From assembly GCA_024704765.1 (NCBI GenBank), contig JAKMXF010000359.1, positions 88,423-152,422 on the forward strand: a stretch of 64,000 bases of DNA, given 5' to 3'. How positions within the stretch are numbered: the stretch's first letter is position 1; every line of letters starts with the position of its first letter. Made by a program: the position numbers and the translations under genes. Below are positions 1-13,777 of the stretch, piece after piece. The notes beneath the pieces were generated by a model. That model ran no database searches. It was not told where the DNA came from and was given only the letters and a program-made list of their open reading frames with translations. The DNA is from Oopsacas minuta. Its lineage: Eukaryota > Animalia > Porifera.

Positions 1-276
1 TAAGGGTGCCTGGGAGGCCAAAAGCGTCGCTCAATTGGTTAATAGAATAAAAAAATGTCTAGCTGAAATGGACTGGACATCTGTCCAGGCAATGATCCGA
101 ACTTGTAAAACAAACATCAGAAAGGCAGCAGACAAAACACCTCTCGTAATGTTATAATTGCCACTATATGAACTTTTGACTATGAATAGAGTATATACAA
201 AAGCCGAATGAATAGGCCACAATATTGTCCATTCAAGTCCTGATCAAAACCATTCCGGATTTTTAGTAGCACCCCG
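1..276 (+). mobile_element. 3' end of a Tc1/mariner-superfamily element (transposase C-terminus plus right TIR); runs off the window start
   Basis: Frame 2 reads KGAWEAKSVAQLVNRIKKCLAEMDWTSVQAMIRTCKTNIRKAADK..*, typical of the helices after the third catalytic residue. It is followed by a TIR-like end ccattccggatttttagtagcaccccg. Confidence 0.55.
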
Positions 277-282
277 TTAGGG

Positions 283-798
283 CAGCGTTTCTCAACGTGG
301 GCGATATCGCCCACATGGGGACGATACAAAACTCTAGAGGGCAACGAACGATTGTTTAATTCAGCACAGGTTGCAGCTGAATTATTTGACCAAAATAATT
401 ATGTAATTGTAATTGTAATTGAAAAACACAAATCCATATAATTGCTGATTAATACCCTGCTCTATTGGCCACCGCGAAAATGATGATACCTCGTGGAGAA
501 GGGTTTCTCAGCCGTTGTTGAACATCTCACAAAGAAGAGGAATAGGCTGGAGATAACCAAACGCAGTCACCTTCGGCCCCTCTTGACCAAATTCCTTCCC
601 GATGTGAAAATCTTGTAACTGGGCACCTGTTCCGACCTTCACATTAAACTTATACAAATGAAAAATGTAGTTATATTATGTCTTAGTATTTGGTTATATA
701 ATATAATAAATATGCAAACGCGAAGAGGTTAGGGGGGAGGTGAGGGATGGCGCGATCATCGAAGTTGGCGACCGACAGAAATAGGTTGAGAAACGCTG
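283..798 (+). mobile_element. Non-autonomous hAT (Buster/Charlie-type) deletion derivative
   Basis: TIRs cagcgtttctcaac / gttgagaaacgctg. An internal remnant at about 490-646 reads LVEKGFSAVVEHLTKKRNRLEITKRSHLRPLLTK..PSH*, the Buster/Charlie C-terminus. The 8-bp flanks match only partly. Confidence 0.7.
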
Positions 799-879
799 AT
801 ATAGAGTATCCATGGCACCAGTAATAGAGGTAGTAAAACTGTCACAGTAGTAAATCTGTCGTACAACCGTACTCACCTA

Positions 880-1520
880 TTACCCTTATATAGGGTACTT
901 GTACCCCTAATCCTAAGGCCTAGCCGTTGAAAGCAATTTCCTGGTACTATTTAGAAATTGTTTTCTTACTATTCGTAAATTATATAATAATAAATCTCGA
1001 TTGCTGTCTGTCTGTCTCTTTGTCCGTTGTCAAGGAAAGGATTTGATGTATGCAATTTTGAAATTGTCCCATAACTATGTATTTATCGTGTTTATCATGG
1101 AACTAAATCGAATTCAGTAAAACTTCACTAATATATCGTACATTCTGAATCCGATTCACTTTTGGATTGATCATTTTTCAATTTATTGTTGTTATGAATA
1201 TAAAGTAAACAAATTAGCAAAATCATAAAATTTACGTAGACACTTGCTCTCAGCGGCTACAAAGGGGGTTTATCTTAAAATATAATTCGATCATGTATAT
1301 CCCATATATGCATATTAGTCTGATATATCTATATTATAATACTCAAAGGGGATGTCAATTTGAAGAATAATGGATATCTCGAGGCGCGTCGAGTTCATCG
1401 CAAAGCGACGAGCCCAAATGCTCGTTAAACAATAATTCTCATAAGATAAGTTGAACCTGCGATAGTCAGATTCAGCGTATTTAATTACCCATATACCTGT
1501 TGTGTGCAAGTCTCTATTTT
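880..1520. repeat. Decayed non-autonomous repeat(s) related to the Helitron-like insert at 22490-22937
   Basis: Shares a (gtct)n/gtccgttg microsatellite block, ctgaatccgattcac and attcagcgta..ttacccata motifs with that insert. Boundaries are uncertain. Confidence 0.35.
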
Positions 1521-2173
1521 TCTGGAAATTTACGTTATCACAGTGATTCATAACGAAATACACACTTTTGGGACATTAACATGGGTAGATATCATATTTC
1601 CCATTCTTTTCATTCCAAAAACTAGCTATATTCAACTTGATCTTGAAAGAATTTCACGGATAGATTTATCCAGAAGTCGACAACTATGGAGTATTCTGAA
1701 CGAAGAAAAGTTGGCCGTTATGTACTAATTTTAGTTTATGCCATATCTAGCTAAATTAAATGGGGTATATGGTAAAATAATACCAAATATCAATAATGAC
1801 AGTACTAGTGTGTTAGCCAAATCAGATGCGAGCGGTGGAGATAAGCCATGTTTCCAACTATACTGGCCTAATACAAAGACTTCAAAATATGCACACCTGG
1901 TTATATGGTCTTGAACAGCGAATACGTACTTATGTAGAGATGCAGACGGAAATGATGAAATCTTTTATAGTTGTCTGATTCCAACCATTCGATTAACCGG
2001 ACACTCTCCCAAAAGTGGGCAACTTTTGTTTTGTTCGCAAGTGCATCAATTATCGAGTGTCTATTGTAGAATAATTTGCAGAATTTAAAATATTTTGTAA
2101 AGTTGTATGACGATTAGGTGTTCCTCGGATTAACTATGATTCGGTTAAGGATGTAGCGAAGGGCGACAGCTCA

Positions 2174-2304
2174 GTCTATTAAATTCAGTTTGTTAAAAAA
2201 GTGGCACTGTTAATTGGAGGCGCTATGAAAGGTTAGGTTTAATCCAATGCACATAGTGCCCCAATTAATAGTGCCACTATTTAAACAAATTGTTTTTAAT
2301 AGAC
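2174..2304. repeat. Fold-back hairpin with ~55-bp imperfect arms
   Basis: gtctattaaattcagtttgttaaaaaagtggcactgttaattggaggcgctatg is an imperfect reverse complement of catagtgccccaattaatagtgccactatttaaacaaattgtttttaatagac. Confidence 0.6.
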
Positions 2305-4477
2305 CAAGCTTTCGGCACAGGTTGTATTTTTCTATTTTTTATTATCATTATCAGTTACCCATAAATTCTTTTTAGTAAATTTTAAATGATGACGTCATTT
2401 TCCCACATTTTGCTGTGTTCTCAAAATTCTAGCAATTTTTTTGAAATCCACATTGTCGATTTCCTACCATCCTTCAGACCATTATTTCGCAACAGAGATA
2501 CAGGCTGCGTCAGTGCCGCTGGCAATTTTTCACGATGGCGCCTGCCTCTCATACTCAGTATATTGGGTGGCTCATTTAATGACGATCTGCAACATTATGG
2601 TATACATTTTTCCTCTTCTATTCATTCATATTGTACGGTAATACGAAAGTATTTGATTTCTTATGAAATATTCCAAAAATTCTGTTTTGATTTGTCATCT
2701 CTGAGTTAAAAAGGAATGATAAATTGGATCCACAAGTATAATTCTAATAGTTATAACCCAAACGCAAATATCAAACACAACCGCACAAAATTTGCTCCTT
2801 CAGTCTTCGTTTTGTATGGTAAACATCCTTATTTGAGCATTGTGGAAATTTGTATATAATGTATCGAAATTCGTGATTCATAAACTAATGAAAATTCTAA
2901 TTATGTAAGAATTTTTTGCGGGCCGCTTAATGTATTGTGGACCCCTGTAGTAGACAATCCATTTTAGAAAGTCTATAACAGATTTTCCTCTATTATATTT
3001 AATTTTAGAAACTGTTTTCCGTTTTTCATAAGTTTCTCGTTCTCGGGTACATAATTACGTATATAGTCTTCTATTAAGTAGACCAAGTATGGTTAAAGTA
3101 ACTTTCTTCCATCAAAGATATCACTGATTTAATTCGTTCAATTCCACTAACCCGAAACATGTTTTTTGAAACTTAAGTATCATGGACTTATACTCTGAGG
3201 CTTTGGCGTACTCTTTTAATGCAGTTCTTGCGGGCAACAGTTTATAGAGAATCAAGCAAAAAATAGGAACTTCCATGAGTTGTAATATAATTGCATACAA
3301 ATTCCTAATTCAAACGCTGATATTAATATCAACAATAATTAAATAGAGAGAATCCAGACTTCATCTAGAGCTAGCCTACCCCGCACCCTGGATGTTCATA
3401 TATTCAATTACCCGCACCCTAGTTTATTAAGAACATGGGGATAGCACCTGATGAAGGTCAGATTTCGCGCACCCTCATGAATAGTTCTAAAAGTCACGCA
3501 CCTAGATAAAGGCTTGAGAGAATCCCTTAACGCCTGCAAAAACGATTCATAGTCACAAAGTCTTTTGGCTCAGCAAATATTTATACGTATATCTTGGAGG
3601 GAGTAGCGAGTGGACCAAAATTTAGAATGCGGCCTCTTTTGAGTATTACCCAGGAGAAAATTCGACTGTACAGGGCTTGTATTGCGCTGTTACCAGGTAT
3701 ATGATTGACAAAGGTTTGTAGGTGCGAACTGTGTGAAAATACTGATTTAAGCTGATTAAAGTATATATTTATATATCAGAAATTGACCAACATCTAATGT
3801 TATGATTTGGCCAACAGCCGTCTAGAGAAATCTTGGAGGTTTATAGCCCACACGAAGACCTTATGTGGCGACGACCCTCTAAATAGCCTATAAACCATTA
3901 ATAACCAGATTTTTTTACTACAAGTTACCTCAGGAAGTAGCCATAGGTATATCTGATTTATATGATATCTCCATTTATTTCACGTATATAACAAGATTAA
4001 TTGAATTATTTCGGAGAAAACCATATGCACATCATCATCGTGCTCGCCAGTATACTACGAGATTTGTGAATTTCGCTTGGCGCAACTGCAACCTCATAAA
4101 GATAAATTCAGCCTCTTACCCCTATCAGTGGCCGCGGGGTAGGCCTTACCACCGTGAAGCATATAGCATTTTCTGAATGTGGTCTAAATAGGTGAAGATC
4201 ATTGTGCTCTAGAGTAAGAAATGTCTTTCTATGGGAATTTTAGGTATCACCAGATATATTATAGTATTTAGACCTTTTTTGTCAATATGGATTACTCATA
4301 TTTCCGTTTGGAGAATTTAACGACATCACTCTTGTCTCGAATTTACAGTGTTCTTCAGAATGAGTTTGCTATAAGCGTGTTCCATTGTATATAGTTTGTT
4401 CATTCAGTATAAGTTGGATATATAATGTGTCCCCTTTTGCTATACCATTATTCAGCGAAAAAAGAGCTTATAGTGTA

Positions 4478-5790
4478 CAGGGTGACAATTAAGTTCTGAT
4501 CCACGAATATACTCTGTTTATTCCTAAACTAGTTATTCTTTCAATCCAAATTTTCACTGACAGTTAAAGCATATTATAATAAATCTTCCTATCCAATTCT
4601 ATTCGATATAACCGCCTTTTGCCTTTACTACAGCTTTAAGTCGTCCTTGAAACCATTGGACAGATTTACGGAGTTCTTCTTACGGAATTTTCTCCCATTC
4701 TATAATCAAAGCCTCCCGTAGAGATTCCAAATTTCCATGCGGAGTAGCGCAGGCTCTGCTCTGTAAAGTCCCCCAGATGGAATAGTCAAGTGGATTCAAA
4801 TCCGGACTTGAAGGAGGCCATTCTTCCCTTGGACAAAAAGTCAATATTTTCCCCTAAAAGCCAGGATTGAGTTGCTTTCGAGGCATGCGCTGGCGCAGAG
4901 TCCTGCTGGAAAATCTAGGGTGTGTTTTTGAACAAGGATGAACCAGCAGATTTGATTACAGGCTCAAGAATAAACTCTCTTTATATGTTTGCGAGTTAAT
5001 TTTGACCCCTTGTGGGACAAAAATCAATTTTGTCCGAGAATCTGCTGACACCCCAGCCCAGACCATCACAGAAAGCGGTCTTTGCACTCGATCGATGAAT
5101 TTAATGCTCTCAGGGATGTCTTTGCATGGCGACACAATCATTCTATCATTTTGACGGTTAGTTGCTTCATCTACCGTGAAAATCTTCTCGTCCGAAAACA
5201 ATATCTGTTCAGAATCTTCATTTATGAGGCGCCACAGAAGCCTTTTGCACCTTTCAAGTCTTTTTATCCGAAGAGTGGGAGTGAGATGATGAACTGTTTG
5301 CCGTTTGAGTGATTTAAGTCCCAGGTCCTCATGTATCATCTTTCGCAATGTTTCGCGATTAACAGGGTATTCCCTTGCCATCTTCCGGATTGACCGCCTG
5401 GGATTTCGGCGGATTTTACTGCGGAGTTTTTCCCTTAGTGCTCTCGTACGAACTGTCGCCGGTCGGCCAGAACGAGGCTTGTCCTCCACACTTTTGGTAT
5501 CGATATATCGTTTAATAGTACGATAAATGAATAATCTGTTGATCTTTTCGTTTTTCAGATTTTTCGAAATCTCGCTCTGTGTGCTCCCGTTCATAAATAA
5601 TGAGATAATTTTTGACCTCTTTACTTCCATGTTGAAATTTCTGATTTTATGCGTATGTAGATTTAGATTACTGTTTGAGCATAACAGGAAGACATATATG
5701 TTAGAATATAAATGATAGAATTATAATAGAATATATTGGAAGCGTATCAGATCTATTGGAACTATGCATCAGAACTTAATTGTCACCCTG
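4478..5790 (-). mobile_element. maT/DD37D Tc1-mariner element, copy 1 (frameshifted transposase)
   Basis: TIR cagggtgacaattaagttctgat at both ends and TA TSDs. ORF 4956-5630 has HTH and ILFSDEKIF. The catalytic half (QQDSAPAH..WPPSSPDLNPLDY, 37-residue spacing) continues after small indels. Confidence 0.92.
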
Positions 5791-6852
5791 TATTGATGCA
5801 ACAATGTTAATACACTACGTATCCTGCATTAATATACATAGTTGTCAACTTTTGTGAAGTTTTTTCTTGAGTTTTTTCAGATGAGTTGTATATATTTAGT
5901 TTTGAAGTGAAATGGATGTCTAATAGAGCATTTACCACCATTATTGTGCAATAGTTTTCATTTTTGTATGTATGAGGGTTTCATTCAAGTATTAAGGGTC
6001 ATCCGCCTATAACTGAATAGTTAGTATTTTCATATTCCTGGACTATACATTTGTTATACGGCATAGGCAGGTTAATAACAAAATTTCTGCACTCCTGTAG
6101 GCGCGCGGCATACGCCTGGATAAACCCATTGTATGAATCACTGTGATACCTTCAATTTCCGCTGAAATTTTAGAGTAATAGTGCAAAAATAAAAGTGATG
6201 TTGTGTTCAAATACCTGAGTTTCACTTTATATTCGTGAGATTTGACAACCATGACTATATTGAATCTAATTTGATGATGCATCTAAAATTCCAAATCTCG
6301 ATGAGTTATGGGTAATAGTTTTGGTCTTGCGTCATAGTATAGGGATCGACCCGCGATCTTGACCCAATATCCATTGACTCTTTCTCCACACTATGATCAG
6401 TTTAAACGTTATTGGAATTGGATCTCTGTCAGCATTGAATATTTTTAGATTTAACTTCATACTTCGTATTACAAGACGTATAACTCACATGTTTTTCATA
6501 GCATCATGGATAGCGAGTAGATGGCTATATTTTGAAATTAAGGTCCAAACACGTTAACTACTTGTGGTATGCCCTTTAAATGTATTTCCAACACGTAATT
6601 ACGCTACGCGTTTACACACTTGCCTTCTCAAAATTTCTATCTCATCATCTGACTACGTAATTTCTATTTTGCATAATTTTTTAGTAGGTTTCGCCGCTGT
6701 TTTTAGCCTTCTAATGAGTAAGTTAAGTCTTTGATATTTATGTAGTATCATGATACCATGTAGTGGTTTCGAATAGTAGAAATTTTGATGGAATGCTGAT
6801 ACAGTCCACTTTTGCTATTCAAATACAAATCAGATTCAGCAATTCTGATATA

Positions 6853-6991
6853 CAGGTGTGTATTACCCCATTATCAATTTTTCGAATTGATGCAGCCAAA
6901 TATTTTAGACTTATTCCCATTTTCATTTGTGCCACAAACAGCCAAGTAGCACACCGCTAGAATATTGGCACAACAATGGAATAGTGTATGA
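6853..6991 (+). repeat. Left arm of a palindromic MITE interrupted by hAT copy 1
   Basis: caggtgtgtattaccccattatcaatttttcgaattga.. is homologous to 13561-13680 (aggatgtgtattactccagtatcaatttttcgaactga..). Confidence 0.6.
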
Positions 6992-9900
6992 CAGGCACGT
7001 AGCTAGAGCAAGACATTCAGGGGGGCAAGAAGTATTTCGGGAGGGCAATTGCAGGGATAAATATTTTTGAAAAGTTAATTACTTGTGTATAACAAGTACG
7101 ACCCAGTCTCCTTTTCTTACATGTATAACTTTTTAATTCATAAAGTACCAGATTACTAGGCTAGGGAGCATTAGATTAGTCTACATTATAGTAAGAGCAT
7201 TTATTAAGATACTAAACTCAATTCAGGGATACTATTTGACATTACAAAAGAAAGCGGCGGTGCTTCATCTGCTTAAAATGTTCGATCACATCATTATAAC
7301 AAAGTGTTTCTGCAATATCTTTTTCAATAGATAACAGGGCAAGATGGTTGAGACGCTCAGTGGTCATTTGTGAGCGCAAACGTGTTTTTATTCTCTTAAC
7401 AGATGAGAACATTCTCTCAACTTTGCAAGACGTCTGAGGGATAGTCACAAGAATTTGGTATAAGTTGAAAACATCAGGGAAAATATCTTTGTCAATCACA
7501 TCCAGTACATCGATCAAAGTATTTAGCTGAGATTCATCTTTCGAGCAATAAACGAACGGAGAACTTCTATTTCACAATCTTTGATATCTATTGCATACAG
7601 TTCAGATAGTGTATTCAATTCCTGTTTGTTAAGAAAGTTTTGAGACCTTGGTAAGCAGCAATCAGCAGCCTTCATGATGCCTGATTGATCTGTACCAAAA
7701 CGGGCATCCAATCCTGCTAAGATCTCGCGGACATTTTGGCGTAACAATATTTCAAGCTCTTCAAAGTTGGATGCGTTTGTGTGTCCAACAGAGCTATTTA
7801 GATATCCTTCTCTAAACCTTTCTGGAAGACGCCGTTGCCTGATTGTGTCTCTTACATCAAAATTTTCGATTTCATATTCACCAGACAAATCTTTGGCATA
7901 TTCGACAACCTTGTCAAAATCGAAATTGACCAACCTTTCCCTCAGATCGGCAAGTAATATCAAACAAGAAGAAACAGTTGCTGTCGACTTCTGAAAAGCT
8001 TTAGTGCAAAAATCAGAGTAATCATACAGCCTACCAAAGTAAACTAAGATGGTCATAAATTTCTTTGTTTGTAGACTACCTAGTAAAGATTTAGCTGCTA
8101 AACTTGTGTCTGCATCATTATCATTTCCAAATATGCTTAAAGTATCAAGTATGCAATCAAACCGACGCAGAAACCTTTCCACCTCCAAAGAACGGGAAGA
8201 CCAACGAGTACTACATGAACGTGCAAGTTCAAGAGCTTGGACGTTGGGGGATAGCGCTCATCCTGGACGTCTATGAAAACTGCATGTCGCTTTGTTCCAT
8301 TCATGAACGAATACGTCAAATCCAATATATCAAAGAAAGATTTCATCAGAGGATGTCGTTCAGCAGTTGCAGCTAATACTAAGTTAAGCCTATGTGAAGC
8401 ACAATGAACATATGTGGCATTGCGATAACCTGCTCCTTTCATGCGGGCTTGGACACCACCGTGTATTCCTGACATAACACTAGCCCCGTCGTAACCCTGC
8501 CCTACACATTTCAGAGGATCGAGCTCAAAAGGCTTAAGTAGCTCTATCAGTTTTTCAGAGATGGTGCCCGCATCCATGTCCTTCAATTCAATAAAGCCAA
8601 TAGCTCTTTCTCGGACATTACCTTTATGGATATATCGCAAAGAAGCACCTAACAACTCCTTCTTAGATGCATCTTTTACTTCGTCAGCTAGAATAGCATA
8701 ACAAGACGCGATTTCTACTTCACTTTTAACATAGTCTAGAAGCACTGAAGCGAGTGATGTAAGCAAATCATTTTGAATATCTGGACTTAGCATTTTTGCA
8801 TTTCCTGGAAGACTTTCTATCCTCTTGGTCACATTGCTATCATATTTTCCTAAAAGTTCTAATATTTCAAGAAAGTTCCCTTTATTAAGCGACTGATCTG
8901 ATTCATCATCTCCTCGAAGAGGAATATCTTGTTTGACACAAAAAGTAATAATGTCAAGAACAGTCATTAAATGTTTCCGATTGTCATCTATGAATTTCTC
9001 ATTTCGAAAATTGGGATCCAGTTGCTTATCTACCGTCCCTATTATTTGATGAATTGGCCAGACTTTCTGTGTTTCAACAGCTGCCATATGACACACAGAA
9101 CTATCGTGCTTCCTGCACTTGTCGCCAAGTTTCCTCCAGTCACAAAGTCCTTTTGTTGAAAAAGTTGCTTCAGCTGTTGATCCTCCAAAAAGCCGACACG
9201 GTTGGCAAAATATAGCATCGAGTTCTTTGCTATACTCTATCCAGGAGAATTGGGCATACCAATGAGTACTAAAATGTCTACCGGCCTCATTTTTTGGGAA
9301 GATAATAGAAGGCTGCCTCGGTTTCTCACCATTGTTGGACAAATCATTTACAGTCACAATTGGTGATTGTATATGAGTCGTGTTTAAACTTGGAGTTGAA
9401 ATAGTTGTACAAGAATCGGAAGTTAAAGGGGTCGAAACTTGAATACTCGTAACAACAGGCTCTACCTCCTCATAATTTGAAGAGACGACATGATCTTCGA
9501 TTTCTATTCGATTTCTTTTAAAATATGCCTGAACTTTGCTTTGTTGTAGTCTTTTAGTCATCTAGAATTGTTTGAGATACGAGTCACTGAACTGATTGAA
9601 GAACAGAAAATGTGAAAGATTTGATGATATAGAATGACTTTATAACTTATAGAGAATATCTGAAATTGGCTTCACTCATGTGTAAATTTCAAAACAAGCT
9701 TTGAAAACTGAAACCCTAAGAGCATCACCAATGCTTCAATTACTTCAATGGACAGTCTAACTTCTGACAACAATTACTAGCGGTCGTGGTAATTCAATTA
9801 AAATTATAGTCGAAATTCAGTGCCTGTCAAAATAGAACAAGTTTACTATCAATGAGCGTTACTTCCTGTCTAGTATTAAAACCATCATCGCAACGCGAGT

Positions 9901-10187
9901 TATTAATTTCATAGTTTTGACGATGCAGTTGAAGTACATAGGCTATTAATTACAGTGGAGTTCGCTTATTAGCAACTCGGATTTTGCAGAGATTCGGTTG
10001 CTAATAGGACAACGAAATTAACATTATAATCCCGTTTGGGACCCGAAAGCTGGTTGCTAATAGAGCAATATTACTAATAAGCTAACTACATTGTATATAA
10101 AAACAAAACTTCCAAATTTATCTGGGGGGCGAGAAAAACTTTTGGGGGGGCGACTGCCCCCCCTTGACCCCCGTAGCTACGTACCTG
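6992..10187 (-). mobile_element. hAT transposon (ZMYM1/P52rIPK-like transposase), copy 1
   Basis: TIRs caggcacgtagcta / caggtacgtagcta. The ORF translations are identical to those of 13778-16975, in inverted orientation. Flanks are gtgtatga and atttagcc. Confidence 0.95.
7242..9561 (-). pseudogene. hAT transposase (TTF zinc finger, DUF4371, C-terminal dimerisation domain) split by two -1 frameshifts
   Basis: Three ORFs of 474, 221 and 91 aa. Motifs FSWIEYSKELDAIFCQPCRLF, ILADEVKD, GQGYDGASVMSG, YVHCASHRLNL and SCKVERMFSSVKRIKTRLRS. Confidence 0.9.
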
Positions 10188-13100
10188 ATTTAGCCAATGA
10201 GAAAATGCCTTACTTCAACATGTACATCTAATGAGGGTCAGAATATCAGAATCGGAAATATAAGGGGATTCAGATATTTGGGTATAGAATTATATTCTGA
10301 AAGTCATTAGATACAATAGGGGTGCAAATTATCGCTGCCATGACCCATGTTCCTAGAAATTAATCCTACAATGAAGGGACATTTTCTCACAGGAGGCTGT
10401 TTTCATTAATGGTAAAAGTGAAATATATACAGTTAAAAATAATGGAATTGTATATTGGGAATAAATAGTTAGTATTTTATGTTTTGTTTCAACTTAGGGA
10501 TTAAAATAGTTCTGGATACTACATCTTTCTAAATTTAACTCTTTGAATCATTATGAGGAAGAAAATCTATAATAGCATAGTAGTAAAATTACAATAATTT
10601 TTAATTATCTTTGTAAATTTTGCTGTTAGTGCTACGAGTGTGAAGTTGCCTAGTATTCGATAATCTGAACTTGAATCACAAATTATACTCGCCCGTACAC
10701 ATGAGTTAATTCAATTGGTACCATTCGATAGAGGATGGCTGAACGTTTTAGGCAATAGAAATTATTTTCAAAAATTTTGCTTTATAAAGCACAAAATTCA
10801 CAAACCACAAAAATTTCAAGTATGCCAATATTAACAAGGAAATCCCCATATATTACTCCTTATTAAACCGTAATATATTTAGTAACACCAGAACTAAAAT
10901 TTTTCGAGATTCCAATTATATTATACACACTGGGTTAACTTGCTATAGAGTCAATAAAAGTTGACTGTCCAGGTAGTTCAGAAGTCCAAGGTTTCAAAAA
11001 GGAGTCACTAGATGAAGGATAAATTTGAGAATACAATGTTGCGACATTCGAGGAACATTACTGCGTAACCAGGCAAGATATATTCCCGAAAATAGTCACT
11101 AACCTCACAAAAATGTGAAATATTTCACTGATAGTACACTCGCTTAAAAAACAAAAGGAACGATCATGCATTTTGACACAGTAGAATTATCAGACACTTT
11201 GAGGTTGTTCCACAACACAAATTACTCATCCTCGGGTTTAGTTCTAACTCCAATTTCCATTGTCGGCCACAATAGATCACTTAATCGACATACTTTGAAG
11301 GTGTTAAAATTCAGCTAACGGCCACAATCTAATCCATTCCGATATTCGTAAACAGGATAAATTCCCAATTGGTAGATTGATCAATTCAACAGATATTGTT
11401 CATAGCAACGGAAAAATATCTCAGGAATATGAAAATATTACATTCTCAAAATTATACGCGTGTTACTCACATATTTTGTCATTGAAGCGATTATGCAAAA
11501 TGGACATATTTATAATGGACGGGATAATTATTAGTTTGTGTCAGACCGATTATATACATTATCCTTCACAAATATTCTTAGGTAATTAATAAAATAGATC
11601 AAATGATTACCACACCTGTCTATTATGGTTAAAATCTATAGCGATCACCTGTATGCAACCGCTACTTTAAATAGCTCCTTCTGTGGACGTTAGAGATCAC
11701 CTGGGAATCTTTGTTAATTCCAGGGGTCTAACCGGGAAATTATAACACATTTATATAATAATAAAATTTAAACCAAGGTTGGATCCGAATAGTTAAATAT
11801 TCGGTTACCAACAGAATATTAGTACGTATTAGATATTCAGTCGGCTGAAACCGAATAGTATCAGTAGTCTTCAGTTGAATCAAAAGAATATTATCAGTAT
11901 AGGTTAAGGCTACCATTCATGAATATACTGATATAAGGCGTGAGGGGTTTCAACCTTGCTTAGCATTTACCGAGAGTTTGCAGTCATTAGATTGAACATG
12001 AAATATAAAAATCACGATTTAAAGTGCAAGGTAATTATAGACTTTGAAATAGTAGTCTGAATTCCTGCAATACTTTTAGAACTAAATACTATTTCTAACC
12101 TCAGAATTATGGCCATTTGCTATAACAATAGTTCACAACATATTGAATAAATAGATTAGATCTTTTTATTACGCATGTTTATGTAGCATTAAATCCCGGG
12201 CTCAATCCTGTCCGGGAAAAATATTTTCCAAATAGATAACTAGTGGCAGTTATAGACAAGTTGACAATACAAGTTGTACTTGTCCCTGCAAGATGTAGGC
12301 AAGTTAGATCTGAGTTTTCATAGTTATATGCACAAGCCATCTTCATTCTGGGAATTACGCTGCTGAAACGAGGCAGGAAGTTCTAATCATCTTTGGAATT
12401 AGATGCCTTCAGTAATCGCAATACAGTATTTCCTTGAATAGTAGCCAGGGGCATTATACGTCTCAAGGACCATAAGAGGAGGTTAAGGCATTTGTAAATA
12501 GGTTAATTTGTTAAAAAGGTTAATTTTGTTTTGTAATCCGTACTTGTTTTTATCCCAAGTCAAGGCAGCAAGAAGATTTAAATTGGTCAGGGTGACCAAT
12601 ACAAAATATATTGAGTTATTAAAGTTGGCCCCGATGAGCTAATACTAGTCTTATTAGCAGTCAAGGATTGGCCCAGTTGAAACATGACAGACAAGAGCGT
12701 TTCCCACGGCCAGGAAAGTAAAAGTAGTTAAATGAATATACAGAGAAGGAATTATTCTTTTAGGTATATATAAGAATTTCTTACGCTCTCAGGAGGTGAA
12801 GGGGCTCTATTCAGGGAAATATGGTATCTCATAACTAAAACCCTTTCTTCTAAATAGTAAGGGGAATAACAACAATACTCTCGAACTAGTTTGGGAAATT
12901 ACACATAATCCAGAGGAGAAAGTTCAACGTTGAGATCAATCAACTATCAAATGCTATACTCCAATTACATACTTACATCTACGTACTATGTATTTGCATG
13001 ACTCTAACTGGAATTAGATAACTTATTTTTTTGCAGACTATTTTGATGTAAATGCAGTACACCATCAATTACCTGAGCACCTTTGAATACACTTTCAAGT

Positions 13101-13560
13101 TATGTGTTGGAAAACTGAAATAGAATATTTTCCTATATAAATATCACTGCTTATGCATATCCAATATACAAGATTTTGGAATTTGAATATATGAATGTAT
13201 ACCTTCGCCCTATGGGTGTAAGATGGTCACATCATTCGTAGACCTAGTTCTAAAGTAATATAAAGCAGGCTTCTGAGATGAAGGTGGAATAATTTTGAAT
13301 ATACACTAATCGAACACAATTACTTGCACACCACAATAAATACAATTCTAAATCCTGGAAACAGGGCGAATATTTGATTTTGCAAACTATAATATCCCTC
13401 AAAGAACTATTCGGCTAGGAAAATTAACTTTTCCTGCCCAAGTAGTATTTTAGAATTACACATTTTAAAGCTTGACTATATTAAATAGATAATGAGTTAT
13501 GAATATCTATTCCACTCTTAATTGTACAAAATTCAAATGAGATGGAGCAATTTAGATCTA

Positions 13561-13777
13561 AGGATGTGTATTACTCCAGTATCAATTTTTCGAACTGATT
13601 AGAGTAAATCTTGTTGACTTGTTAGCATTTTCATATTTATGCAACAAGTGACAGAAGTGGCACATTCGAAAGTATGTATGCACAACTTCGTATGTTGATT
13701 AATATGTTCAAAATCGACATATCAAACTATACAAATATTTTAAATTTGTTTAGAGAGTGGTAAGTGATTTCATACAC
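13561..13777 (+). repeat. Second arm of the palindromic MITE, now in direct orientation to 6853-6960
   Basis: Homologous to 6853-6960 and abuts hAT copy 2. Confidence 0.6.

Noticed and set aside
1600-1730. SERRK and LERISRID words suggesting G-alpha exons
   Set aside because: They are in different frames, lack DVGGQ or WIHCF context, and lie upstream of exon 2.
12735-12775. ..EGIILLG|gt as a candidate G-alpha exon 1 end
   Set aside because: There is an in-frame TGA a few codons upstream and no recognisable N-terminal helix.
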